Source: Leptospira sp.
GTDB taxonomy: Bacteria; Spirochaetota; Leptospiria; Leptospirales; Leptospiraceae
Assembly (NCBI GenBank): GCA_034439575.1
Contig: JAWXAQ010000015.1
Location: 64,001 to 128,000 of the forward strand
Length of the DNA: 64,000 bases
Direction of reading: 5' to 3'
Below the pieces are notes generated by a model. That model was not told the origin of the DNA and searched no databases. It worked only from the letters and a program-made list of their open reading frames with translations. The position numbers were made by a program, and so were the translations under genes. This document shows positions 10,830-20,822 of the stretch, piece after piece (the first letter of the stretch is position 1; each line of letters begins with the position of its first letter).

Positions 10830-11603
10830 TTAACCGACCAAATAAAGTAGAGGGAAGAGGTAAATCCACACAAGGTCGACCACGTGCCAGAATAGACCGA
10901 CACCTTCGACAACTGTATAGTATTCTGGTCCCACTTTTCTTCTAAGTGTTTTGATAAAGATCCAGAAGATCAAAATAATTCCCGCAACCACGTGGACTCC
11001 GTGAAGACCTGTCATTACGAAATAAAAACCGTAGAACATTTCCCATTTTGGTCTGGAAATGATGGCTTTTAGTTTTACAGCTTCTTCCGGTGAAACATGA
11101 TTTGCTTCCATCGCCTTTGGATCTTTTAATAAAGCTGCGATTTTTGTTTCGCAAGTATCTCTTTTTCCACCAGCGGCACAAGACGGATCAACGAGCGAAA
11201 ATTTTCCAGGAATCGTTCCTACGTGAATTTTGTGTGAATATTCAAAGTATTTAATAACCATGAACACACTGGCACAAGCAATCGTTAACGCTAACATAAT
11301 GGCCGCTATTTTGTGCAGTCCTCTTTGGACGTAACTAATCGCAGCTGCCATAGTAAATGAACTGATAAGTAAAACGACTGTGTTTACTGCGCCGAACACC
11401 TTGTTCAATGATTCCGAACCATTTTTGAAAACGGAAGGGTAAAGAGAATGATAAATAAGGTAACCTACGAATAGACCACCAAACATAAGTATCTCTGTGC
11501 AAAGGAATAGCCAAATCCCTTGTTTGGAAGAGGCATATTGATGTTCAGCACTCTTAAAATGGTGCTCGTGGTGAAATTCACTTGTAGAACTAACGGAAGT
11601 CAT
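10830..11603 (-). CDS. ctaE: Cytochrome c oxidase subunit III
   Basis: GIWLFLCTEILMFGGLF, NTVVLLISS, TGLHGVHV, FWHVVDLVW. Confidence 0.95.
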   Translation of the reverse strand: MTSVSSTSEFHHEHHFKSAEHQYASSKQGIWLFLCTEILMFGGLFVGYLIYHSLYPSVFKNGSESLNKVFGAVNTVVLLISSFTMAAAISYVQRGLHKIAAIMLALTIACASVFMVIKYFEYSHKIHVGTIPGKFSLVDPSCAAGGKRDTCETKIAALLKDPKAMEANHVSPEEAVKLKAIISRPKWEMFYGFYFVMTGLHGVHVVAGIILIFWIFIKTLRRKVGPEYYTVVEGVGLFWHVVDLVWIYLFPLLYLVG

Positions 11604-13212
11604 ATGGGCCTGCAGTAACTTTTGGTGTTTCTAGAAAATTTTCATGAGGAGGAGGAGAAGCGGTCTGCCATTCGAGCGTTTTTGCACCCCAAGGGTTCGC
11701 AGATGCTTTTTCGCCAGCAATCATTCCGTGAATGATTGTCACAAGACCTACTAAAAAACCAAGTCCGATCAACCAAGATCCAACTGTGGAGATTTGATTT
11801 AAGTTTGTGTATTCAGGTAAGTAATCAAAGTATCTTCTTGGCATTCCCATCGCACCGAGTATGAATTGTGGGAAAAAGGTAACATTAAATCCAGTGAAAA
11901 TCAATACCCAAGAAATTCGTCCACCAAGGTCAGATGTCATACGTCCAAACATCTTTGGGAACCAATAATAAATACCACCCATAAGGGCCATTAGAGTTCC
12001 ACCTACCATTACGTAATGGAAGTGAGCTACAACAAAGTAAGTGTCATGAAAATGAACATCCATACCAGTAGATGCTAGCATAACGCCTGTCAAACCACCG
12101 ATAGTAAAGAGGAACATAAATCCTATGGCGAATAACATGGGTGCTTCAAAAGAAACCGTTCCACGATACATGGTTGATATCCAATTGAAAAGTTTGATCG
12201 CTGTTGGAACACCCACTAACATCGTGATTACCGAAAATAGAATGCCCGCAAAAGTAGATTGTCCAGAAACAAACATGTGGTGTCCCCAAACAAGAAACGA
12301 TACTGCGGCAATGGCTACAGATGAATAAGCAATCGCTCGGTAGCCGAAAATTGTTTTCTTAGAGAAAGCAGTGATAAGTTCCGAAATCACACCCATCGCA
12401 GGAAGGATCATAATATAAACCGCAGGGTGAGAATAAAACCAGAAGAAATGTTGGAAAAGAACTGGGTCTCCGCCTAGATCTGGATCAAAAATTCCAATGC
12501 CTAAAGTTTTTTCCATCGCAAGTAAAAGTAGAGTAATCGCAAGGATAGGAGTCGCAAGGATTTGGATGATAGAAGTGGAGTAAAGTGCCCAAATCATTAA
12601 GGGAATTCGATCCATTGTCATACCAGGTGCTCGTAATTTGTGAGTCGTTACGATAAAGTTTAGCCCAGTTAAAATTGAGGAAAAGCCCATAGTAAAGGCT
12701 CCCATCACAAGTAGGATAACTCCATTTCCCGTTTTCGCCGTGGAATATGGGGTATAAAAAGTCCAGCCAGTATCTACTTGGTTGAAATACATTGAGGAAG
12801 CCGCTAATGCCGCACCAGCAATAAAGATATAATAGGAAAAAAGATTCAATCGCGGGAACGCTACATCTTTAGCACCTAGTTGAAGGGGAAGGATAAAGTT
12901 TCCTAAAAACGCGGGTATTCCTGGAATAATTACCATAAATACCATGATGGCACCGTGAAATGTCATGAATTTATTATAAGTATCTGGTTCCAACAGCGGG
13001 GTAGAACCAAATTTTGCCAGGTGCAAACGAATGCCCAAGGCAAAAAATCCACCTATCAAGAACAAAGTGGCTACTGTTGCAAAATACATAAGACCTATTC
13101 GTTTGTGGTCACGTGTGGTAAGCCAAGACCAAATACCCGGAGTATGATTCAGGTAGTTGTCGCCATGAGTCGCATGACCATGAGCAGTTTTTGTGTTTGC
13201 TGAACTCATCAA
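11590..13212 (-). CDS. ctaD: Cytochrome c oxidase subunit I, A2-type
   Basis: DHKRIG, GWTFY, WFYSHPAVY (YS, A2 type), VWGHHM, VVAHFHY, GMPRRY. Confidence 0.97.
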   Translation of the reverse strand: MMSSANTKTAHGHATHGDNYLNHTPGIWSWLTTRDHKRIGLMYFATVATLFLIGGFFALGIRLHLAKFGSTPLLEPDTYNKFMTFHGAIMVFMVIIPGIPAFLGNFILPLQLGAKDVAFPRLNLFSYYIFIAGAALAASSMYFNQVDTGWTFYTPYSTAKTGNGVILLVMGAFTMGFSSILTGLNFIVTTHKLRAPGMTMDRIPLMIWALYSTSIIQILATPILAITLLLLAMEKTLGIGIFDPDLGGDPVLFQHFFWFYSHPAVYIMILPAMGVISELITAFSKKTIFGYRAIAYSSVAIAAVSFLVWGHHMFVSGQSTFAGILFSVITMLVGVPTAIKLFNWISTMYRGTVSFEAPMLFAIGFMFLFTIGGLTGVMLASTGMDVHFHDTYFVVAHFHYVMVGGTLMALMGGIYYWFPKMFGRMTSDLGGRISWVLIFTGFNVTFFPQFILGAMGMPRRYFDYLPEYTNLNQISTVGSWLIGLGFLVGLVTIIHGMIAGEKASANPWGAKTLEWQTASPPPHENFLETPKVTAGPYDFR

Positions 13213-13220
13213 ATTCTCCT

Positions 13221-14183
13221 CTATTTTATAGTTTTGATATATTCGATTAAATTTTCTATTTCTTCGTCATTTAACTGACCTTGAAATAATGGCATAGCTG
13301 GTGGAAAACCTTCTACAATTTTTGCCGATGAAACTAAGATGGATTCACGAAGGTAATTATCATCTGCCTTTGCAGTTGATCCGTCTGCGAACTTACGATT
13401 GTTTCCATAAAGACCTTTCATTGTTGGACCAACAATTTTTGAACCGTCAATGGAATGACAACTAGCGCAGGCTCTTTGTGCAAAGATCACCTTGCCCTTG
13501 TCAGCAGGCGTATCCGCACCTTTTTTCTCTGCATGATACCAAGCAGCATATTCCTCAGATGGAATCGCTTTGATTTTTATCATCATACCAGAGTGTTTTG
13601 TGCCACAATATTCAGTGCAAAAAACAATGAATTCGCCTGGATGAGTTGGTTCAAACCAAAGTTCCGTGTAACGACCAGGAACAGCGTCTTGTTTCGCACG
13701 GAAAGCAGGGACAAAAAAACTATGAATGACATCTTTGGATGTTAATATCAGTTTGGTGGCTTTTCCAGCGGGTACGATGAGTGGATCGTTTCCTGAGCTG
13801 TAGAATTCTTTACCATTGGCATATTTATAAGTCCATGCCCACTGTTCGCCTGTTACATGAATCTCAGCAGCAATGTCTGTTGGGGGAACTCTTAATTTTT
13901 CAAAAATCACCATGCCCCAATAAAAAATCACCATCATGATGACTAAGGGGATAAATGACCATAAAAACTCAGCAAAGTTGTTGTGAGTGATATAGGCTGA
14001 TTTTTGATCTGCTGTGTTTCGTTTGAATTTAATGAGGAACCATGTCATTCCTCCAATTAAAATCACAAACGAAATTAAACTCGAAATGATAAGAAAGGCG
14101 TAGAGAAGATCTACCTCTTTCGCGATTTCAGTTGCCTGAATCGGCATAAATGTGGTCGCCGGGTAGCTAGTAATCCAAGACAT
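13221..14183 (-). CDS. ctaC: Cytochrome c oxidase subunit II with fused cytochrome c
   Basis: DVIHSF, CuA motif CTEYCGTKHSGM, C-terminal CASCH heme c motif. Confidence 0.96.
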   Translation of the reverse strand: MSWITSYPATTFMPIQATEIAKEVDLLYAFLIISSLISFVILIGGMTWFLIKFKRNTADQKSAYITHNNFAEFLWSFIPLVIMMVIFYWGMVIFEKLRVPPTDIAAEIHVTGEQWAWTYKYANGKEFYSSGNDPLIVPAGKATKLILTSKDVIHSFFVPAFRAKQDAVPGRYTELWFEPTHPGEFIVFCTEYCGTKHSGMMIKIKAIPSEEYAAWYHAEKKGADTPADKGKVIFAQRACASCHSIDGSKIVGPTMKGLYGNNRKFADGSTAKADDNYLRESILVSSAKIVEGFPPAMPLFQGQLNDEEIENLIEYIKTIK

Positions 14184-15029
14184 CTACAAGACTCCTTGAT
14201 GGTTATTCTTTGAACTTTTTCGCCAGTTAATAAATAAAAACGAGGCAAGTGCAAGGAGAGTAAACCCTGCGCCCATTTGCATTATTCTGTATGCGTATAT
14301 CGTATATTTATTTTTTCGTGGATCAAATTGAAAGCAAAATAAAGCAAAGCGGTCTACAAAACTTCCAATCTTGCCTTCACTTGCTTCCATAAAGGCCAAA
14401 CGTAAATCTCTTTCTCCAAATTGTATGCCTTGAAAGATTCTAGAAACAAATCCATCTGGGGTTAATACGTAGATACCGCTTGCGTGGATGTATTGCTTAG
14501 AAGGTTCATCCCAACGATAACGAAATTCCAATTGTTTTAAAAGCAAATCTATGGATTCGTCTGTACCTGTTAATAAATGAAACCCAGTCTCAGCGCCTGC
14601 CCTGCCATACTCTTTTAAGTAAGCCAGTTTTTTAGGATGAGAAACTTCTTTGGTTTCATTTGGATTAAAGGAAACGGCAATATAAATGAATTCTTTTCCG
14701 GCTGTCCAATCGAGTGCTTTTAATGTTTTCATCACACCGTTCATATGATAATTGCAAAGAGTGGGACATTTGAAATAAACAGGCGAAAGTAAGATTGGTT
14801 TGCCTTTGACAGCGAAATCTTTGAGGTTTACAGGATTTCCATGATCATCAAAAAAATCAATATCCAGATTTACCTTTTTTCCTGTAACATCGGCAAATCC
14901 AATTTCCTTTAAATCTTTAGGAAGTTTGTTGTCTTTGGTTAAATTCTCATGTGGGTCATAAGCAAAAGTTACCATCGGGAATATTAAGAAAATCGAATAT
15001 AGCCACGATCTTGAAAATTTAAATTTCAC
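14184..15029 (-). CDS. sco: SCO1/SenC copper chaperone
   Basis: YFKCPTLC (CxxxC), YIHASG; signal peptide and C-terminal TM. Confidence 0.9.
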   Translation of the reverse strand: MKFKFSRSWLYSIFLIFPMVTFAYDPHENLTKDNKLPKDLKEIGFADVTGKKVNLDIDFFDDHGNPVNLKDFAVKGKPILLSPVYFKCPTLCNYHMNGVMKTLKALDWTAGKEFIYIAVSFNPNETKEVSHPKKLAYLKEYGRAGAETGFHLLTGTDESIDLLLKQLEFRYRWDEPSKQYIHASGIYVLTPDGFVSRIFQGIQFGERDLRLAFMEASEGKIGSFVDRFALFCFQFDPRKNKYTIYAYRIMQMGAGFTLLALASFLFINWRKSSKNNHQGVL

Positions 15030-15052
15030 AGTAAAGGTGTAAGTAGTATTTT

Positions 15053-15205
15053 CTATTTACTTTGTGCAGATGGATCGCCAAAGCCAGGGTTTTCGGGAGT
15101 TCCTGGATGAACGAAAGAAATATAAGCAAAAAATAGGATATTGAATGCGAGAGTGATTAAAAAAGTCCAGTATCCACTTTTAATATATAGATCTTGTTTT
15201 GACAT
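15053..15205 (-). CDS. 50-aa single-TM small protein heading the cox operon (below ORF-track cutoff)
   Basis: Hand translation MSKQDLYIKSGYWTFLITLAFNILFFAYISFVHPGTPENPGFGDPSAQSK; GAAGGG RBS-like upstream; stop 23 nt before sco. Confidence 0.7.
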   Translation of the reverse strand: MSKQDLYIKSGYWTFLITLAFNILFFAYISFVHPGTPENPGFGDPSAQSK

Positions 15206-15337
15206 AATGATGCGCCCTTCTCTTTTTTTAGTCTATGTTATAAGTCCTCCCAAATCTCCAACAATTTTTAGCTTTGTCTAGATTAAAATTATTTTCGCAG
15301 GGCTCACCTCGAGAATTCTAGTGGAAACAGATAAAAG

Positions 15338-16216
15338 ATGAAAATCCAAAGAATCTATTTTATTCTCACAGGCTTAGTTTTATTCAATATGATATTTGGC
15401 CCGCTCGTTCGGGCAACAGATTCTGGTTTGGCATGTCCGGATTGGCCACTTTGCCACGGTAAATTCGTGCCAGAATGGACATTTCATATCTTTATGGAAG
15501 TGGGACATAGATATTATTCAGGGATCTTGGGATTACTTATCCTGGGTGGATTTATAATCATATATAAAGACAAAGAAGCCTCCAAGCAATTGCTGGTTCC
15601 TGGAGTAATTAGCCTACTTTTCCTAATTTCTCAAGTCATACTTGGTGGACTTACCGTCACAAAGTTACTTCACCCAACAACAGTTAATCTTCATTTATTA
15701 AATGCGATATTACTTTTAATCACATGTCTAACGATAGCCCTTATGGCAAAAGAAAATGGCGATTCTAGTTTCGATTCAAAACCCAGAGCAAGGTTTTTAT
15801 TTTTGTTTCTAATTCTATCTATTGTTTACCAAATATTTTTAGGGGGAAAAGTGAGTTCCAATTATGCAGGACTTGCTTGTCCTGATTTTCCTACTTGTTA
15901 CGGATCATGGTTACCTGAGATGGTGGGAACAATTCGGTTTCAAATGGAACACAGATTATTTGGATATATATTGGCACTCATAGTTTTCGGAACTACCACC
16001 TATGCGATTTTTGAACTAAAGAACGAGAAGGTTAAGACTTTTTTAAAAATTGGTTGTTATCTGATTTCTATTCAAATATTACTCGGTGCTTTTAATGTAA
16101 TTTATAAATTACCAAAGCTTTTAACAGGTGTTCATACTCTCAATGCTGTCCTCACTTTACTTGCTTGTTATATCGCAAGTTTTTACCATTTTCGAAAAAT
16201 CAGGACTGAAAAGTAA
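15338..16216 (+). CDS. ctaA: Heme A synthase (COX15/CtaA)
   Basis: GLACPDWPLC...EVGHR and second repeat GLACPDFPTC...MEHR. Confidence 0.92.
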   Translation: MKIQRIYFILTGLVLFNMIFGPLVRATDSGLACPDWPLCHGKFVPEWTFHIFMEVGHRYYSGILGLLILGGFIIIYKDKEASKQLLVPGVISLLFLISQVILGGLTVTKLLHPTTVNLHLLNAILLLITCLTIALMAKENGDSSFDSKPRARFLFLFLILSIVYQIFLGGKVSSNYAGLACPDFPTCYGSWLPEMVGTIRFQMEHRLFGYILALIVFGTTTYAIFELKNEKVKTFLKIGCYLISIQILLGAFNVIYKLPKLLTGVHTLNAVLTLLACYIASFYHFRKIRTEK

Positions 16217-16224
16217 AATCAATC

Positions 16225-17079
16225 ATGTTTAAAACTTGGAACCAGCTAACAAAACCTAGAGTAACGGTGCTCGTTCTTGCAACAGTGTTTCCTGGTTTAT
16301 ATCTAGGTATGTTAGAGACTCCGTCTTTAGCTCTGACACTCATCACTTTATTTGGAACTTATCTCATGAGTTCAGCATCCTTTATTCTAAATCAATACAT
16401 TGAATGGGAAAAAGATTCTGTCATGTACAGAACCAAAAAAAGACCAATACCTGCGGGCATAGTTTCCCCCAAACAAGCATTAATACTTGGTATATTTACG
16501 ATGTTTGCTGCTTTTGGCATATTATTTTATTTTGTAAATTTACTGACAGCACTTGCCGCATGGTCTGCCCTCTTGCTTTATGTATTTTTATATACTATTT
16601 GGTTAAAACCAAGAACCGAACAAAATATAGTCATAGGTGGAATCTCTGGTTGTATCGGACCTTTAATTGGTTATGCGGCCGCGGCGAATGAATTACCTCT
16701 ACCTGCATGGATTTTATTTTTAATGATTTTTCTATGGACTCCCGCGCATTTTTGGGCACTCGCTATCTTTTTAAAAGAGGACTATGAATTTGCAGGGATT
16801 CCTATGATGCCAGTGGTTTCCGGTGTTGACAAAACTGTGCGCCAAATCTTTTTATATTCTCTCGCTTATTCGGCCACTGTGATCGGATTTTATTTTACAG
16901 ACAACCGCATGGGGATCATTTACCTTTCCACATCGATACTATTGACCTTTCTTATTATCGCTTTTGCCTTGAAACTCTTAGTATCCAAAGAACCTATCCT
17001 CGCAAAAAAGTTTTTTTTCTTTAGCATTTTGCATCTTTTTCTAATTAGTATAGTCATCGTAATCGATACCAAAGTATAA
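16225..17079 (+). CDS. ctaB: Protoheme IX farnesyltransferase (heme O synthase)
   Basis: LTKPRV, DSVMYRTKKRPIP, YTIWLKPRT, WTPAHFWALA, DYEFAGIPMMPV. Confidence 0.95.
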   Translation: MFKTWNQLTKPRVTVLVLATVFPGLYLGMLETPSLALTLITLFGTYLMSSASFILNQYIEWEKDSVMYRTKKRPIPAGIVSPKQALILGIFTMFAAFGILFYFVNLLTALAAWSALLLYVFLYTIWLKPRTEQNIVIGGISGCIGPLIGYAAAANELPLPAWILFLMIFLWTPAHFWALAIFLKEDYEFAGIPMMPVVSGVDKTVRQIFLYSLAYSATVIGFYFTDNRMGIIYLSTSILLTFLIIAFALKLLVSKEPILAKKFFFFSILHLFLISIVIVIDTKV

Positions 17080-17125
17080 AGTTTTTTTGATTGCCTAACA
17101 TGAAAGGTCGTTCACTCTTTCGGAC

Positions 17126-17791
17126 ATGGGCATACTTTCAAAATATTTTTCTCAAACTGATCTCTCAGAAATCAAACAAGCAGTAAAAGATGCGGAATCA
17201 AAAACCTCAGGTGAAATCGTTCCTTTTTTCGCAGAAGCCTCACATCATTATAAAGAGTTTTCTTGGTATGGATCATTTATCGGTGGTGGCATCAGTGGAT
17301 TTATATTGATTGGAATGGAATCATTGGGATTCCATTCTTGGTCGGATTCAAAAACCCTCACTGTAACTTACGTTTGGTTAGGTGCTATGATTGGACTGTT
17401 GATACCTTATTTTTCACCTATGATACGAAGGTTTATCATACCACTTTCAACAAAATCCTTCTTCGTCAATTTGAGAGCCAAAGAGGCTTTTCTAGATGAA
17501 GAAATATTTCTTACCCAAGATAGAACGGGTATATTGATTTATATTTCTCTCTACGAAAGAATCGTCCGTGTTTTACCTGATTTAGGGATATCAAAAATCG
17601 TTCCGCAGTCTGATTGGGACACGGCCGTGAATCTCATAGTCCAAGGTATGAAATCAGGTAAAAAAAAGGAAGGTATCATCGCCTCCATTTTGTTCTGTGG
17701 CACCTTACTCGAAAAATATGGAATCCATATTAAAAAAGATGATAAAAACGAAATCTCAGATGAAATCCGTGATGGTGGAACTCAGCTTTAA
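17126..17791 (+). CDS. TPM domain membrane protein
   Basis: AESKTSGEIVP, TQDRTGILIYISLYER, DKNEISD. Confidence 0.85.
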   Translation: MGILSKYFSQTDLSEIKQAVKDAESKTSGEIVPFFAEASHHYKEFSWYGSFIGGGISGFILIGMESLGFHSWSDSKTLTVTYVWLGAMIGLLIPYFSPMIRRFIIPLSTKSFFVNLRAKEAFLDEEIFLTQDRTGILIYISLYERIVRVLPDLGISKIVPQSDWDTAVNLIVQGMKSGKKKEGIIASILFCGTLLEKYGIHIKKDDKNEISDEIRDGGTQL

Positions 17792-17806
17792 GAACAAACA
17801 TCGATT

Positions 17807-18685
17807 ATGAGAAATACTTTTACAACTTTTATACTTTTCACTCTCACGGGGCTAACTACTGGACTTTTGTCTATTCCAGTTCCTGAACTTTCCAGAAGAG
17901 TCACAGATACGGCAAATATTCTTTCCGAACAAACAATCGTTAGTATCGAAACCAAACTCAAAGCACATGAAGAACAAACTTCAAATCAGATAGCAGTATT
18001 GACCATACCATCGTTGGAAGGTGAGAGCATAGAAGAAGTCGCTGTGCAAGTTTTTGAAACTTGGAAGTTGGGTCAAAAGACAAAAAGAAATGGTGTATTG
18101 TTACTCATTGCACCTAACGAAAGGAAAATGAGAATCGAGGTGGGATACGGTTTAGAAGGTGCCCTCACCGATTTGCAATCATCACATATTATTAAAAGAG
18201 TGATCCGACCCAAATTCAAAGCTGGTGATATGAATGCAGGCGTCGAAGAGGGAGTAAATGCTATCATCGGAACCATTCAAGGCGAATACAAAGCCGATGA
18301 ATCAGATGTTCAAACGACAACTCAGATTTTTAAAGATGAAAATCCATTGAGTCCCTTTCTCGGTCCTATATTTATTATCTTAGGAATTTTCATTCCAGGT
18401 ATCGTTGGCTTTATCTTAATCGTGCTTGGTATTCCAGCATTGAAAATGGCTCTGGCATTATTTCTCGCCAAAGGTCTTGTTAGTTTTTTGGTACCGATCA
18501 TTGTGATCATTGCACTTATCATTAAGGTATTTGTGGTAAAAAATCGCTCAGGTGGCAGTGGTTCAGGGGGTGGGTTTTTTGGTGGTGGATTTGGTTCTTC
18601 CTCTTCTGATTCATGGTCTTCGTCGGATAGTTGGGGTGGTGGCGGTGGTGACTCTGGTGGTGGTGGATCTTCAGGAGACTGGTAA
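17807..18685 (+). CDS. TPM domain protein (YgcG family)
   Basis: VTDTANIL, WKLGQK..NGVLLLIA, RIEVGYGLEG, Gly-rich tail GGGGSSGDW. Confidence 0.92.
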   Translation: MRNTFTTFILFTLTGLTTGLLSIPVPELSRRVTDTANILSEQTIVSIETKLKAHEEQTSNQIAVLTIPSLEGESIEEVAVQVFETWKLGQKTKRNGVLLLIAPNERKMRIEVGYGLEGALTDLQSSHIIKRVIRPKFKAGDMNAGVEEGVNAIIGTIQGEYKADESDVQTTTQIFKDENPLSPFLGPIFIILGIFIPGIVGFILIVLGIPALKMALALFLAKGLVSFLVPIIVIIALIIKVFVVKNRSGGSGSGGGFFGGGFGSSSSDSWSSSDSWGGGGGDSGGGGSSGDW

Positions 18686-18702
18686 AGAAAAGAATAAGGA
18701 TT

Positions 18703-20802
18703 TTATCGCAAGTAGGATCCTACTTCTAACACGATCAAGGTGACATCGTCTTTCCACTGATGTTTGTTCATCTTTGTAAACAATCCCTCGCTTATAAATT
18801 GGATAATTTCATCTAATGGTAAATTCCGGGATTTTGTTATAAGCTCCATTAACTCTTGCAATGCGGCACTACCATCCATTTCATTGAGTTCTTCAAATAT
18901 TCCATCCGAAAAAAGGAATACACGATCGTTTGTTTCAATTTTCACTTCTTGAAAACCAAATCGAAATTGTTCCAAAATCCCGATAATCGGTCCTGTATTT
19001 TCAAGCAGAATCACTTCTCCACCAGCTTTCTGTAAAACCTGATTTTGCATACCTGCTGCCGCAAAACGCATGATAGATTGAGAAAAATCAAAATCTACAG
19101 CAATGGCAGGAAAATAAATTTGTAAATCTGAATTTTTATCATAAAAATGTTGGTTTAGATAATACAAAAGATCATTTGGTTTTGTAGCGACCATATTCAA
19201 TCTTTCAAATTCTGATTGTATCATCATTGTATATAATGCGGCTTGTAATCCATGCCCAGTCGCATCACAAAGAAACACACGAACATATCCGTCTTGTATT
19301 TTTTTAATAAAAAAGATGTCACCACCTACATCTGCAAGTGGCTGAAACAATGTCCGAATTTCTAAATGGGGATTTAAATGAGGAACCGTCATTAAACCAT
19401 TCACTATACTCTTTGCTAGGCGAAGGTCTTTATTGATCTGATCTAATTTTCCTTGTAATTCGATAGTTTTATCTTTTACCTTCTCTTCCAATTTTTCGTT
19501 TAGATTTGTGAGTTCGTTTCGAACACCTTCCAAATCTGAATTTCTGTCGGATAGTTCTAATGCTAAATTTTCCGCATCGACAAACCCTTTTGAAAAATTA
19601 CGAGCAATCGAAATTGATTGAAAGAAAAACATCGTAAATATTCCATAATGCGCGAGTAAAGGACCAATGATTACAATATTATTCACTAACACGTCATTGA
19701 CAAAAGTAGCAAAAAAGATCAGAAAACTGGATAGAAAAAAAACAGAACCAGGGTGGCCACCACGAATCGCACGAACGACTATGATAAGACAAAATATAGC
19801 GCACGTTAAAGTAAATATTTGATATGGTAACATCAAATAAGTATAAAAAGATGTGCGAGTTAGTATTACGATTGTCGACATTGCAATGCCAAGATTAAAT
19901 ATCAATTTATAAACTAACTTGGGGAAATACGGCTGAAACATTAAATACATGTAACGACAAAAAACTGGCGTAACGAGAAAGAAGGTAAGATAACTTAATT
20001 TAACATGAATTTCAAATTGTAATTGGGGTATAAACATTGTTAGATATTTATTTCCAGTGATAAATACCCGGGAACTTATAAGAATACATGCCAATGCAAA
20101 CCAATAAGTATAAGGATCCTTTTTTCGCTTAAAAAACAAAAAAAGATGATAAACACCCATAAACAAAATGCTACCGACGAGGAGCATGTCTTGAAGGATT
20201 TCTTTTTCAAATTTTGAATGTATAATTTCTGTTCTGCCTACACTAATGATTTGAGCAGGACCACCTTTTCTATGATGGTAATTTGAAATTTGTAATAAAA
20301 GTTCTGATTCATTATTTTCGGGAACAAAATCTACGATGACAGGTCTATATCCAGGTCTCGCATTATTTTCTATAGGCGATACAACTCCATTTTTTGAAAC
20401 AAGTTTTACATCAATAAACAGATTGTAGGCGGTCTCCATTTCTGGAACCTTAAACGAGAGAGGTTGGTTTTTTAAATTATGAATCAGTTTTAATCGAAAT
20501 GTGGCAAATCCATCGGCGGATAAAAATCCACGTTCTAAAAACGGCTTTGACCAAACGCCCGGTATACGAAAGTATTCTGTATTTCCAATGGATTCGATAA
20601 GACTAACATCATTTGGGAATACAATCAATCGGGGATAATAAATCCAATCCCCTTTCAATAAAAGAACAGCCCCTTTATCTTTAAGATAATTGGAGGCATC
20701 TAAATTTCCAGTAATGGCCTCAGGAGGTAAAACTAATTTACCACAAGATAAGAAGATAAAAAGAAACGAAAGAGTAGATATCAGCCTTTTGAATAATACC
20801 AT
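18703..20802 (-). CDS. 7TM-DISM sensor / SpoIIE (PP2C) phosphatase
   Basis: Extracellular domain, 7 TM, coiled coil, VGGDIF, CDATGHG, FSDGIFE, DDVT. Confidence 0.88.
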   Translation of the reverse strand: MVLFKRLISTLSFLFIFLSCGKLVLPPEAITGNLDASNYLKDKGAVLLLKGDWIYYPRLIVFPNDVSLIESIGNTEYFRIPGVWSKPFLERGFLSADGFATFRLKLIHNLKNQPLSFKVPEMETAYNLFIDVKLVSKNGVVSPIENNARPGYRPVIVDFVPENNESELLLQISNYHHRKGGPAQIISVGRTEIIHSKFEKEILQDMLLVGSILFMGVYHLFLFFKRKKDPYTYWFALACILISSRVFITGNKYLTMFIPQLQFEIHVKLSYLTFFLVTPVFCRYMYLMFQPYFPKLVYKLIFNLGIAMSTIVILTRTSFYTYLMLPYQIFTLTCAIFCLIIVVRAIRGGHPGSVFFLSSFLIFFATFVNDVLVNNIVIIGPLLAHYGIFTMFFFQSISIARNFSKGFVDAENLALELSDRNSDLEGVRNELTNLNEKLEEKVKDKTIELQGKLDQINKDLRLAKSIVNGLMTVPHLNPHLEIRTLFQPLADVGGDIFFIKKIQDGYVRVFLCDATGHGLQAALYTMMIQSEFERLNMVATKPNDLLYYLNQHFYDKNSDLQIYFPAIAVDFDFSQSIMRFAAAGMQNQVLQKAGGEVILLENTGPIIGILEQFRFGFQEVKIETNDRVFLFSDGIFEELNEMDGSAALQELMELITKSRNLPLDEIIQFISEGLFTKMNKHQWKDDVTLIVLEVGSYLR

Positions 20803-20822
20803 ACTCTTCCTTTTCGTTTTAT

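Noticed and set aside
18550-18685. GGT-rich low-complexity tract
   Set aside because: Encodes the normal Gly/Ser tail of YgcG-family TPM proteins.
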